The position numbers and the translations under genes were made by a program. A DNA stretch of 64,000 bases from Ostrea edulis (lineage: Eukaryota): positions 31,434,001 through 31,498,000 of the forward strand of contig NC_079167.1 in the NCBI RefSeq assembly GCF_947568905.1. Reading direction: 5' to 3'. Below, piece by piece: positions 27,192 to 39,679 of this stretch; the first letter of the stretch is position 1; each line of letters starts with the position of its first letter. The notes below the pieces were generated by a model. It worked only from the letters and a program-made list of their open reading frames with translations. It was not told where the DNA came from and made no database searches.

Positions 27192-27800
27192 AATGCAAGG
27201 TGAAGATAACGAACAGTGATCAATCTCATAACTCCTACAAGCAATACAAAATAGATAGTTGGGCAAACACGGACTCCTGGACACACCAGAGGTGGGATCA
27301 GGTGCCTAGGAGGAGTAAGCATCCCCTGTTGACCGGTCACACCCGCCGTGAGCCCCATATCCTGATCAGGTAAACGGAGTTATCCGCAGTCAAATCAGTG
27401 TGCCAAGAACGGCTTAACAATCGGTATGAAACACGTCAGACAGCATTTGACCCAATGCGAGGTTGTATTGACGAACTAGATCGTTACAACGACCATAGAA
27501 TTTGCGAAATGCTGACTTCAATCGAGACTGTTGAAATCCCTGTACCATCAACTTGTTTGTCAGTAGCTTACCTCGATTTAAAAACTGACTATACCCAGAA
27601 CAAGCTCTTGCATATCGAATCAGTTGAGATATATAAACACCATATGCAGGTGATAATGGAATATTGCTACATAAATGTGGGAAGTTGACGATGGAGAAGC
27701 TGAAATCATCCCGTTTGTCATACAGTTGATTTGTCAGTTTGCCGTTAATGTCTACTTTCAATAAAATATCTAAGTATGAAGCAGAAGTGGACGACTCTGT
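27192..27800 (-). mobile_element. Well-preserved 5'-truncated PLE (thumb domain, stop, 3' UTR)
   Basis: ORF 27414-27827 reads ...SASYLDILL..LYDKRDDFSFSIVNFPHLCSNIPLSPAYGVYISQLIRYARAC...VFHTDC*, with no GIY-YIG after the RT. Confidence 0.9.
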
Positions 27801-27864
27801 AAAATATTTTAAATTTATGAAGTTCATGTATACATATTATCATTTAAAAACATATCAATACGTG

Positions 27865-28165
27865 TTGATAAGACGATCACAGTTGTAAGCATCCGCTGTT
27901 GACTGGTCACACCCTCCGCGAGTCCTCTAATTGATCAGGTAAACGGAGCAATCCGTAGTTAAAATTACAATGTAAAGATGGCCTAACAATTAGTATGAAA
28001 CATGTCGAACTGCATTCGATCTAATGACAGATCGTATTTGTAAATTAGATCATTATAATAAGCATAGAATTTGCGAAATGCTGCCTTAAAGTTTGCCCAA
28101 CTTTTTATTTTGTATGCCTTGTAGGAGTTATGAGATTGATCAGTGTTCGTTATTTTCACCTTTAC
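27865..28165. mobile_element. Second PLE fragment (-) joined to an inverted terminal fragment (+, ~28095-28165)
   Basis: The minus-strand body switches at ~28092 to plus-strand '...gtaggagttatgagattgatcagtgttcgttattttcacctt'. Confidence 0.7.
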
Positions 28166-28393
28166 ATATATATGTTGTTAATAGTAAATACGATGCTTTT
28201 GTTCAGTATGAAGAGTTTAATTATCGCCCGTTGTTAAATGCCTCAGACACGAATACATGTAGGACTTTCAAAATTTTAAAGCAAAGTTTACTACATGTGT
28301 ATCTTGAGGTGGATGAATTTCAGATGTGTGTAATTCAAAGATCCTGAGATGTGACGTTACGAATTTACCATCTTTTCCGGATTTAAGAATATT

Positions 28394-28444
28394 TGATTGA
28401 TTGGTTGCATATTGTTTAACGTCCCTCTCGAGAATATTTCACTT

Positions 28445-28477
<33 letters not shown>

Positions 28478-28639
28478 ACAAAATTTAGGTCTACGCTTGG
28501 CGCTTACGGCCTTTGAGCAGGGAGGGATCTTTATCGTGCCATGGTTTTTGCGGTCTCATCCAAAGGACCGCCCCATTTAATCGCCTACTACGACAAGCAA
28601 AGGGTACTGAGGACCTATTCTAACCAGGATCCCCACGGG
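28394..28639 (-). mobile_element. Meta+Deu SINE copy with small internal deletion
   Basis: Reverse complement of the family. Confidence 0.8.
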
Positions 28640-29327
28640 AAAGAATATTTGACAGCATTGTAAAGTTTCGTACCATTGAAGAAATTGCACTGAACATACT
28701 ATGGGCGAGCAGGTTCCATTTCCCAACAGAGCTACAAGTTCTCCATTAAAAGTCCCGGGTGGAACTTGATTGAAAGTGTTTCACGTGGGTGTACAGTGCG
28801 GAGAGCTGTTATCTTGACTCGACATTACCAAAATCGGACTTTTAACCTCCCTAATTGACCTTAATTCCTTAACTCAAACGGCTACAAATTCACTAGAAAG
28901 TTTGTAACGTCATCAATAAACCATGCATTTACTGCAATCCCAAATGTTTCTATTGAATTACAACATCCGGGAAATCAATGGTTTTCTAGAATCAAGACTG
29001 AATTCCCTTCAAGTTTTGGGTCTACAACATCGACATATTCATATTTTCCAGTTGAGTGTTATATTATCAAATTGTAGATGCTCCATTATACACGACCCAG
29101 GAGGGGTAAAAATCCTGCATCTCCATCACAAATCATCATAATGAAACGTTACGGTGGAGTGGGCGGCGATATGTGGTTATTGTATGATTGCTGAAGATTA
29201 CTTGGTTACAAGTCGGTAATCATCAAAGTGTTACTCAAAAGTCTTTCTAAACATTTAATGTAAACCTTTCTTTTACATTGCATAATCCATTCGCAAATCA
29301 TGAATTTGTTATGGTGTCGAATAATAG

Positions 29328-30872
29328 AAGAGGGTCATGGGCGACATCGCTCACTTGAGTTACTTTGACCCTGCCATTGTTCAGCTGTTGTGATTTTTAA
29401 AAGATTGTTTTTATCAAAAAAATGAACCCATAATGTGGCACCAACCTAACCCCAAAGGATCACAACATAAATGAAAATGAATTCATATCATACAGAAATG
29501 TCTCAACACCAATGTGACTAACATGAGCTTGCTGTTCTAGATAAAACCAAGGTCACAAGCTTTAAGGTCATAGAACATGGTATAATACGAAAGACCTTGC
29601 CATAAGAAATCTATATACAAAAATCTTAAATAATTGAAGAGATATTGAATAGGTCAGATTTTTAGAAGTAGGTCAAACTTTCAGGTCAAGGTCAGACAAT
29701 GAAGTAAATTCAGTTCTTGTCATAACAATCTATATATAAAATATAAAAACAAAATTTTTCCTTAATTAGTTCAAAATATATGGATTAGGTCAGGTTTTTT
29801 AAAGAAAGTAGGTCAAGATCACAAGATCAAATATGATTGTATCACAAGGTCATCTTGTCATTAAGAATTCATATACAAAATATGATATCCCAACTTGAAA
29901 TACTTCTAAATTATCTACATAAAAGAAGGTCAAATTTCAAAGTCTCAAGGTCAAATATTACAGTATGAAATAAAGGTATTGTCATAAGGAATTTAGATAC
30001 AAGATATGAAAGATCTATTTTAGTTCAGGAAATATAGAATAGGCAAGATATTTGTAAAGTATGTTCAACTCCCAGGTCAAGGTCAAACTTCAAAAATAAG
30101 GTCTTACCATATAGAGTATGTATACAAAAAATGAAAACCTACCTAGAATAGCTCAAGATATATTTGATAAGTTATATTTTCTTTTCTTAAAAGTAGTTCA
30201 AACTCCGAGTTCAAGATTACAAGGTCAAAGGTCATGATATAAAATGATTTGGCTTGCCATAAGAAATATACATACAGAATAAAAAAATATCTATCTTTAG
30301 GACATAATGAAAAGGTAAGATATTTATTAAAGTAGGTAAAAACTTCCAGGTCAAGATCACTTGTAGGATCACACTTCATTGCATCACATGAAAGGTCTTT
30401 CCGTAAAGAATGTATATATGAAATATGAAAGCCCTAGCTAGAATAGTTCAAGGGATATTTTTAAAAAGATTTTCCCTACACATCATCATATAACACTTTG
30501 CTCCCCAATTGCGACCCCACCCTATCCCAGGGGTCATGATTTTAACAAACTTGAATCTGCACTATGTCAGGAAGCTTTTACGTAAATTTGAATTTTTCTG
30601 GCCCAGTGGATCTTGAGAAGATTTTTGAATGACCCTACCCTATTTGTGCATTTTCGTGATGACCCCCCCCCCCCCCCCCTTGAAGGGGGGCCTGATTTGA
30701 ACAAACTTGAATCCCCTTCACTCAAGGGTGATTTGTACCAAGTTTGATTTAAATTGGCCAGGTGGTTCTGGAGAAGATGCAAATGTGAAACGTTTACGGA
30801 CAGACAGATAGAGGACAGTCAAAAAGTGACCAGAATAGCTCACTTGAGCTTTAAGCTCAGATGAGCTAAAAA
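29328..30872 (+). mobile_element. Complete-looking Helentron/HINE element with 'ggtcaaggtca' repeat arrays and one Cg170-like monomer
   Basis: Head 'gaagagggtcatgggcgacatcgctcacttgag'. The tail 'gtgaccagaatagctcacttgagctttaagctcagatgagctaaaaa' carries a subterminal repeat and hairpin. Confidence 0.75.
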
Positions 30873-31174
30873 GCTTTGTAGTTTGGCCATTAATTACACT
30901 GTACATACACTTAAATCTTTATTCATTATATCGGATTACCGTAATATGTTGATTTACAGAAACAAAATCCAGTTTTTTTCAGCACTTCATTCAAGTACTA
31001 AACTGTATTGATTTAAATATTTCCTATTTCTGGTACATTAACCTGTCCAAAACTTCTGTCATTATGACTGAAATACAACAGACTGAAAGAAATGGAACAC
31101 GTTGACATATGTTAACCTAGTCGTATCTAGCACATTCTGTTAACACAAATAATTTGGTGTGTTGTATTCATTTC

Positions 31175-31398
31175 AAAATTAGGGATGATATCTCCCTCAT
31201 GCATAGCTCTGATCCTTGGACGAATTTGGCTTCAGGTTTGTTTTGGGTTTTTTAACACTCTTGGTTTCCTTTTAGCTCTTACACGTTTATTGTCATATCG
31301 AATTTCCAAAATTTCGGCTTGAGCATCACTGAAGAGACATTATTTCTCGAAATGCGCATCTGGTGTATCAAAATTGGTACCGTATAAGTTTTACATTA
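31175..31398 (+). mobile_element. Penelope pseudo-LTR fragment containing a hammerhead
   Basis: A hammerhead at 31324-31365 lies within a discrete block ending 'accgtataagttttacatt'. Confidence 0.65.
31324..31365 (+). ncRNA. Minimal type I hammerhead motif (stem II mismatch)
   Basis: CATCA-CTGAAGA-GAC(ATTATTT)CTC-GAAA-TGCGCA-TC-TGGTG. Stem III is palindromic. A C:C mismatch closes stem II. Confidence 0.7.
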
Positions 31399-31892
31399 AG
31401 GTCTTCCGTTTCGAGCGGAAGCCCTTATTTTTATTCTCTATTATTATTTTTTTTACTTTACAAATTTTGTACACGCTATTTTTTGGATATACGTCGACCG
31501 ATTTTCCTTGAAGAAGTATAGCGCACTTATATGCAATTTCGCCTACATAAATACTTTTTAAAAAAAATAATTATATCATTTTTTACAAATTTTTTGTTAT
31601 ACAATGTCAGTTTATACTTGTGTTTACCCAAATTACTCAATAAAGATATCTATATGTTGATAGTATCTTTATTTGATAAGCATAAACATCACTGTGATTA
31701 TATAGAGTATATAGTAAATGTAACGTAATGGGCCTAAAAAATGCAAACTGTTGCAAAAGGCCACCCTAAACCAGAAATAAAACACTGAAATTGTTTTACT
31801 TGAGTATGACTGTACATAAGTCAATTTGAGGAAATTTGGTTAAAGGTGGCCTCAAAATTTACTTTGAGATTTAGCAGCCTGTCAAACGTGAA

Positions 31893-32102
31893 ACACTGAT
31901 TTGACTGCGGATAACTCCGTTTACCTGATCAGGATATGGGGCTCACGGCGGGTGTGACCGGTCAACAGGGGATGCTTACTCCTCCTAGGCACCTGATCCC
32001 ACCTCTGGTGTGTCCAGGGGTCCGTGTTTGCCCAACTATCTATTTTGTATTGCTTGTAGGAGTTATGAGATTGATCACTGTTCGTTATCTTCACCTTGCA
32101 TT
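31893..32102 (+). mobile_element. Young PLE 3' UTR copy
   Basis: Reverse complement of 27192-27405, with one mismatch seen by eye. Confidence 0.9.
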
Positions 32103-34057
32103 TAAACTTACATGCCTGAATGGCCTAGTGGTTTAGGTGATCGATACTCTTACACTTGAGAATAAAGTCCGAGTTCAAGTCCAAAGTTTTCCCAATCTAT
32201 TTTTTTCATTTTGCTTTTCAGTTTTTAGGGTCATCTTCTTGGGAGGGGGTGTATAAATGTGATACATATATTTTAACAAATATTAGTCATTTTCATCATA
32301 TCAACTTCCAATATTTGCAAGTTACGACTTAAAGAAAGGGAATTTATTGTGAGATCAATGTAGTTCCGTTGTTTACACTAACCTGTTCCTGTGTGCACAG
32401 GATTTTCAAACCGTGATGTGGCTGACGAAAAGCTAAACAAATGCTACAAGAAAAGGGGCACAAATGCACAGCATGTAATAAGCAAAAACAGGCCAAGGCA
32501 GGAAAATAACTCTTCTCAAAAGTAAATATAAAAACTCATGTAGCAACTGTCATATCATATTTAGGCAAAGCTAAACACTCGAATTATCAACCAAAGGCAA
32601 ATGAACTGATAAAATCTATTAAAGGTGCTGCAGCCATGTCAGAAAAAGACAGTGAGCTAAGTAATGCCATATTTAAAAGGGTTGTTGTGCGATATGAATG
32701 CACCTATGAATACATTGTACTGTTCATCATTCCACATAGGAACATGTTTTATTGATTAAAGAACGACTCATATAAATGTCAGTAATGCTAAACTGCAGCA
32801 GTTATTTACACTGGTTAACAAAACATTAAAAAGTGGGCCTTATATTTAAAAATAACACGCCAGTCTATTATTGGTAGCCGGTGTTTTCCCTTTATATTTC
32901 TGAGTCGTCCGTTTCGTTAGCAAAAGCTCTTTTCGGGGATATCTATTTACTTCGACTCAATAGTTTTTTCTCTAAGTTTGATTATATCAAATATTACGTA
33001 AGATATTGACGTTTTTCTGAAATTTAGAGGGTCAGTTTGTACAAGAGTGTTGTCGTAAACTATTGAAGATACCATCTTCAAATTATCAGCGATTGTCGAG
33101 GAGACTTCATAGCTGTGCCTAGTCACATTCAAATTTTTTAACGCAAAAAAAAACGACAACAAAACACCAGAATTCGGCAGGGCTCGAAAAAGTGCCACAA
33201 TATTTTACTGCATTTTTAAAAACATTTTCTTCAATATCTTTTTATACAGAATTGATTTGAAAAGATATATGCAGCAAAATTTGTAAATAAGGACAATACA
33301 TATTCGACGATATCAAGTTTGAGGGACCAGTCCCTTTAATAAAGGGCCGAGAAGGATCAAAAGTGTTTTCTAAATATTTCTAAAACTAAAAACAAATGGT
33401 TAAGCATTATTGAGGTAAAGTTGTTAGTTGTCACCTTTTGCAATTGCTGATCTCAGCAAAATGCTAATTAATTACGTAATAAACGATTTCTATGGGAAGT
33501 TTGATGCTTTATATCTCTTTAACGAAAAATATTTTGTAAAGAATTATATAATATAATATTGGTCATATTGTGGCTCTAAACATATGCATTTTTTAAGGAG
33601 TTCAGTGGATGACCGTAAAACTGGATATTCAATATATTTTGAAAACTAAACATTTTCTTAAACGTTGTAGAATAAATTTTGTACATGATAAGAAGACCTA
33701 TTCGAAGATATCAAGTTTTAGGGGTCAGCCCATTAGTCCAAATTCCATGCAAATTACAAAGCCCAAACATCAACATACATTTTCGAATATTTTGTTGAGA
33801 AAACATGTTGTTTGATTTATTTAGCTTGATGATAATTAAATATAGGCAAATAAACTAACATCTAACAAAACATTTTACTGCGATACACTTTCGACACAAA
33901 TCAGAGCAGAGGAAAATGCACATGATGTCCAAATCCCTTAATCGACTTTATTTCAATCATGATTCATTTTTTGACAAACTAGGTGTTGCAAACAATGCGA
34001 ATGAAGAATAATGAATTGTTTTTAGTCGCAATTCCTTATAAATTCTCAAGGTAATGC

Positions 34058-34058
34058 G

Positions 34059-34110
<52 letters not shown>
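34058..34110. repeat. (GA)n microsatellite
   Basis: Direct observation. Confidence 0.95.
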
Positions 34111-34112
<2 letters not shown>

Positions 34113-34379
34113 CAACGCAATGTAAAGAGATATATGTTTCATTTTCACTGCAGAGATGGTGAATGGTATAGTCATTTGTCTCCAACTTTGTGACATTTCG
34201 GAAACTGACTTCAACTGCAGCACGCGTTTCATTTGTGTAGCACACGCGATCAATGTCAACATGACCGCGCCTCCGCTAATGGCTGATCCGGAAGTTGTAG
34301 GTCTTATTCAGTAAGTCTGATTGGGATGCGATAAGTCAGTAACGTAATATTCAGAACTCTAAAACCAGTTAATAACCAT

Positions 34380-36212
34380 TAAAGAAAATCTCTTCAGTCG
34401 GCTCCACCAAACCGAAAGGAAATTAATGTAGCCAAATTATCGTATTATCCAAGTAGGGCATGCTTTGCTGTCCTACATGTAGGAAAGACCTTATGTTCTG
34501 CTTTGATACAATGCTATTTTGATTATGCATGTTCTTCTTGGTATTGTGGTATTGGCAAACAACTTAAACAAAAATTGCAAGTAACCCAAAACAAAGTTTT
34601 GTCAGATTTATTTTAAATCTAGGTCCTAGAGCTAGCATTTCTTGTGACATTCTAGATTCTTTGGGCATGTTAAGAGTGGATGACAGAGCTATTCTAAACA
34701 ATAATAATACTAGGAGTGGTACAAACAAAAAATATCATAATTTTCTTCGTTTTTTTTTACAGTGCTATCAAGGATTGGAATAATTTACCTTTAGATACAA
34801 AAGAGTTGACAACTAAGCAAAGTTTAAAAAAAAACCCTGTAAAGTCCTTATTAGCCAGCAAGGCAAGGGGTATTAACTTATTTTTTAACACTTTAGTACA
34901 TGTATTCTATTATAATTTAATTCTTATTGTATCCTTGTCTCTGATTGGTCAAATTCCAATTGAGGAACACAGGTTATTTTTGTATAACCTGGTTTGGTCA
35001 GCTGGTTTGGTATGGGGACACACCCCCTTGACAACCAGATGTCGGAACTATTTTTTTCTCTCTCTCTAAACTTCTATGGAATAGAAAGTCAACGTGCACA
35101 ATAAGATACTTCGGTTTGATACACATGTTGTTTTCTCGTTGTCAATATTAGCATCTAGGCCTACTTGTACGCAAATCACTTTTGTTAAACATCTTTCTCT
35201 GTATGCATGGTCGAATAATACTATTGATAGATTAAAACAAATATATTATATTCGAATTAATGATTTGCCAAGTAAGCATTACCCTGTTCATTTTGAAATA
35301 CATTTCTCACTGGGCAAAAAAGGGGGGTGCGTTGTTTCATTCCTTGATCCGTCTTTCAACAAAGCAAGCAAAAATTCATACGTCACATTTTATCACATGA
35401 CGTCAGACACATTGACATGTGGATGCTATTTGTTACTTGCTTACATATTTTCTTGTGTCGGATTTACTATTAGCGACAACATTGCATACAAGGGTAAGTT
35501 TTCATTTAGTAGAAGTTTTCACAGAGTTGAAAGCCGTAAATTATTGCATTTTCTGATATTTGAAGATTTATTTTGGGTAGGCCTAAACAATGCAATTTCC
35601 CCTATTTTCTCAATCTGTCGGAGATGAGCGACTTCAAAGTTGATCTCTATCTCTAAAGGGCAGCGAAATACGCATTACATGGATAGTCTACACATATTTT
35701 CTATCATGATAAACTTCACTTTCGATACAATATTTTGATAAATGGCTAGGCTCCGTAGAACTAAGATTAAAGATGGCGACCTTTGGCTTCGCAGCTAGAT
35801 CTAGACGCTTCGTGTCGCTGTTGCTAAGTAAATCATTGCGCGGCTTGGTTGACTTGTATTTTTCCGAGTGTATGTACATTTTGATAAACGAAGGTTAGCA
35901 TCTTTGTCTCTTGCATTAAATTATAAGGATATGACTTTAATTCTGGGGCAAGTTATACGAGTATAACCTGGTTTGGGTCAGTTTACGCTTTTTTATAATC
36001 CGCTTCCCAGAATTAAAGTCATTCCTTAAATAAAATATGTCTGAAGCTTGTAATTTTTCAACGCATTATGCAACTATTAATCAAAGCCTGCCAATATTCC
36101 AATTATTAGTCATGTAATATTTATTCTTTTTGTCTGTTGATCATATATATTATATAAATATAAGGATCCCATTGGAAATAAGCTAATCGAAGCTTTTATT
36201 GGTTATCCTTAG
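34380..36212 (+). mobile_element. CR1/L2-type LINE 3' fragment, split by the insertion at ~34912-36028
   Basis: Frameshifted RKTLCSALIQCYFDYACSSWY..KLQVTQNK..RFILNLGPR..LRVDDR and YSAIKDWNNLP. The 3' tail 'aaggatcccattggaaataagct..ggttatcctt' is at ~36162-36212. Confidence 0.7.
34912..36028. mobile_element. Non-autonomous Crypton-like element with a ~105-bp terminal hairpin
   Basis: Hairpin 'taaggatatgactttaattctgggg...cccagaattaaagtcattcctta' (35924-36028). It has the same TAAG-bounded terminal hairpin design as the Cryptons at 38171 and 45021. Confidence 0.5.
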
Positions 36213-36889
36213 GTTATGATATCATCATATGTCATATTATTCATACAGTTACTTATTCTTTAACTGTTATAACTGCATAGTGCTATAGATTACATATATG
36301 TATGTCAGGTTTGTGGCCTGCTTTGTGCGCCACCTTTTTGATATTATTAGTGTTTTTAAATGTATATAGGCTGGGGTCAATTTGTGTAATTTACATGTTT
36401 ATTTGCCAACCTAGTCATTAGTAACGGCTGTTTGTATTAAGTTGTCCCAGCTTATTAATTTTGTATATTTTGGTATATTACGTCATTTTGTTTGAACATG
36501 TTTTATTTCTTCATTTGTTTGATCATGATAATAAATGACATGTTCACTTAAAATGTTGTGTTTTTCATTAGACATTTCAATGACTATCCAATCACAAAAC
36601 CTGAGCTAATGAATGCCACAGTGGGTTTTTTGTGTGTGTGTTTTTTTTTTTTTTTGCTCGTATACTAGTTTTCTATTTCAAAATTGTGGAATATTAAATT
36701 AGGATTTTGCTCCATGATATAAAAGAAATAGGCAATTGTATTTGCTGTGATTGGTGGCCATCTTTGTTAGATGACGGCCTTTCAGAATATCATGATATCG
36801 CGCTAAAAGATTCCTCTTTACTCAAGAAAAATGTATTTCAAGGTCATGCTGATAAATGTATCAAACATGTTATCATTATATAGTGGTAA

Positions 36890-37172
36890 CTAAATTCACT
36901 AGAAGCAAAACACACCAATGACCATATTATCATGTAGTGGTACTTAATTTCACTAGAAGGAAAACACATCAATATCCATATTATTATGCAGTGGTACTTA
37001 ATTTCACTAGAAGGAAAACATCAATAAACATATTGCTATGAAGTGGTAGTTAATTTCACTAGAAGGAAAACACTCCAATGACGATATTATTATGCAGTGG
37101 TACTTAATTTCACTAGAAGGAAAACACATCAATGAACATATCATTATGAAGTGGTAGTTAAATTAACTAGAA
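36890..37172. repeat. ~58-bp minisatellite (~5 copies)
   Basis: Unit 'gtggtacttaatttcactagaaggaaaacacatcaat..atattattatgca'. Confidence 0.85.
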
Positions 37173-37261
37173 CCAGAGCCCATCAACGAAAATGAATTCC
37201 TCAACCTCTCTTAATTAGCTTTTTGACATTTCACTCGTTTAAAGTAAGATTTTCGATAATT

Positions 37262-37522
37262 CTACGGTCGTTATAACGATCTAGTTTGCCAAGATAACCT
37301 GTCATTTGGGTCAAATGCTGTCTAGCGTGTTTCATGATATTTGTTAGACAGTTCTTTACATACTGATTTCGACTACAGATTACTCCGTTTACCTGATCAA
37401 GACATAGGGCTCACGAACGGGTGTGACCGGTCTACAGGGAATGCTTACTCCTCTTAGGCACATTATCCCACCTCTGGTATGTTCAGGGGTCCGTGTTTGC
37501 CCAACTCTTAATATTCACCTTT
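37262..37522 (+). mobile_element. PLE 3' fragment with a deletion before the terminus
   Basis: Family 3' UTR ending 'ttcaccttttca'. Confidence 0.8.
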
Positions 37523-38170
37523 TCATTAAACATCTTTTTCGTTTGATATACACTGTACAAGAGGAATATTTTTTCCAGAATCAAAACGTTAATGTTTGTG
37601 AAGAGAGGTGGATGTAAGCTATGTCTGTCCACTTCTTTAAAGAGAATATCAGTTCATTTCTTATGCTACCTTGGCATAAAACGTCGCTCTTTGATTGGAG
37701 GGATAGCGTCACGTGATTGCCTACTTCAACACAGACGGCAGTATGACCTGACGAAACTACTGTCGATAGATGATAGCTAGTCTACAGCGATATTGAGTCG
37801 TAACCTTTCTTCCCTGACGTCATGATGAGTCAGAGTGGGTTTATGCCTTAAAAGACTTTTTTAACATACTGGGTGTAATATTTACCTATCATGTTAGGGG
37901 CCTCCACAAAATACTTCACAAAGCATTGATTAGTTTTGTGACGAACCAGATGTTGAAATATATGTGGTTGATCAAGTCCATAGACATTGAGGCTAACAGT
38001 TTGAAATGACGAAATAGTCCAATATTCCGTCTTGTTGAACTGTGTGGATGCTCACGTTAATTAACACACAGATAGCTCGGAAGGTAGTGACTTTCACGAA
38101 ATTATCGTCTTCAAATAACAAATCATGATTGCGTTTCGTAAGTTGACATTTCAAAATAGCTGTAATCGCC

Positions 38171-39679
38171 CATTCTGTAAGGGATACAAGACGAAGATGG
38201 TCTATTATGTCAGATACGGGACTGGCACGAGCCGCGTAGCGGCGAGTGATCAGTCCCGTATCTGACACAATTGACCATCGGAGTCTTGTATCTTACTTAA
38301 AACATTGTTCTATCTAAAAACAAATGCATTTAAAGGCAAAAAACCCACGTACAAATATACATTGGTATAGACAGATATATTTACACCTTTCGTTTCTGAT
38401 TTGTTTTTTAATATTTAATATATTAGGAATTCATAAACTTTAATGGCACACAAGGTCAACTCTTGTCTTTAATTCACAAAAAACTGTTAGCTCATCATTT
38501 CAATTGTCATAATATGATACTCCTCAAAACAGGGTTTTGTTCTTCATGGAAAGCGATTCGAATGCTTCTATTGTCTGAAGACTGTACTCAACAAAACTGG
38601 TTTTCTTTTTTGGGTGAATGAGGCTACGTAAAGGGTGTTCGGAAAGAATCTTTTAGAAAAAACAAAACATTGGTTTCCCACATTCCTTTCTGGGAACCCT
38701 GATGTGATACTGACACGTGGGCCTATAACTGGTATAAAAACAGAAGCCGCAGCCCTCTTTTAGCATTTAGTCCGGGTGCCTTGAAGAAATGGATTCAGAT
38801 GATTGAAAAGTACATGAGTTTGCGGTAAGATTATTCATTATTTCTACAGATTCTCCTAAATATATTAACAATTTTTTTGCACATTATTTATTTTGCTTGT
38901 TTCATTTTTGTTGTATACAAATTTCTTTTTAATCATTTGTAGCCCCAGAACTGGAAAATGCAATGCATTTTATCTCAGATCAAAAATCGCTCCTAAGGGG
39001 AATGTATGGTACGACGTCCCAGTCGGGGTACATCAACTGCAATAGATTGTGGCCAAAATGTTAGAGGCAGGATTACAAATCTCTCTTCGGGCTACTGCCG
39101 CTACACGCCTATATGCTGCGGGTGTTGACGAGCAACTTATAGCGGAAAAAACTGGTTACAGGTCATCTGTGATTCGCAACTACAAACGCACCTCCGAGGA
39201 ACAATTACAGAGTGTAAGTGATTTGATTCAGAAACCGTCCAGTGTCCCCGCCGGAGCCGAAGAAAGTAAAGCTCAATGAAAGTGTTTCCTATGGATCAGA
39301 AAAAGAAATAAACATCACTGCCGGGGATGCAACAGTGAATTTGCGATTTTAATGTGCATGTGTTTAAATGAATGATTGTGACATGGATTTATAACTGTGG
39401 TGCCTAAACGATTTCATATACGGTAAAATCGGATTATACATGAAACACTCATTTCGTATAATTTACTGAAATATTTCACGCCTTGAATATTGTATTTGAT
39501 GTATAATAAATATGTTTTCTCGCACAACGAAGAGTGGTCTTTGTTCCTGGTTTTTACTGTCAGTCCAGTATTTCTCATAATATTGGCCTGCTCTTAATAA
39601 TACTGGACTATGTTCAGTACAGTATGAAAAATAAAGTACTGTCATGACAAAGAACTGACGTCACAACAATGTTTTAAGT
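38171..39679 (+). mobile_element. Crypton (tyrosine recombinase transposon) copy A; N-terminal half deleted; retains intron and YR C-terminus
   Basis: MDSDD is fused to EKYMSLR, then an intron (38825-38942, GT..AG), then PRTGKCNAFYLR..WYDVPVG..*..SLRATAATRLYAAGVDEQLIAEKTGYRSSVIRNYKRTS (DUF3504/YR-like). 5' hairpin at 38178-38299. Confidence 0.85.

Noticed and set aside
31893-32102. SECIS or HDV-like ribozyme in the PLE 3' UTR
   Set aside because: The ATGA is not followed by a SECIS helix, AA loop and GA. The HDV pseudoknot order could not be built, and no in-frame TGA is seen in the best RT fragment.
32610-33340. Kolobok-like TTAA-bounded MITE
   Set aside because: Only one convincing end (gtccctttaa); no matching TIR was found.
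35094-35627. 177-aa ORF
   Set aside because: It lies inside a non-autonomous element, with no recognisable motif and AT-rich codons.
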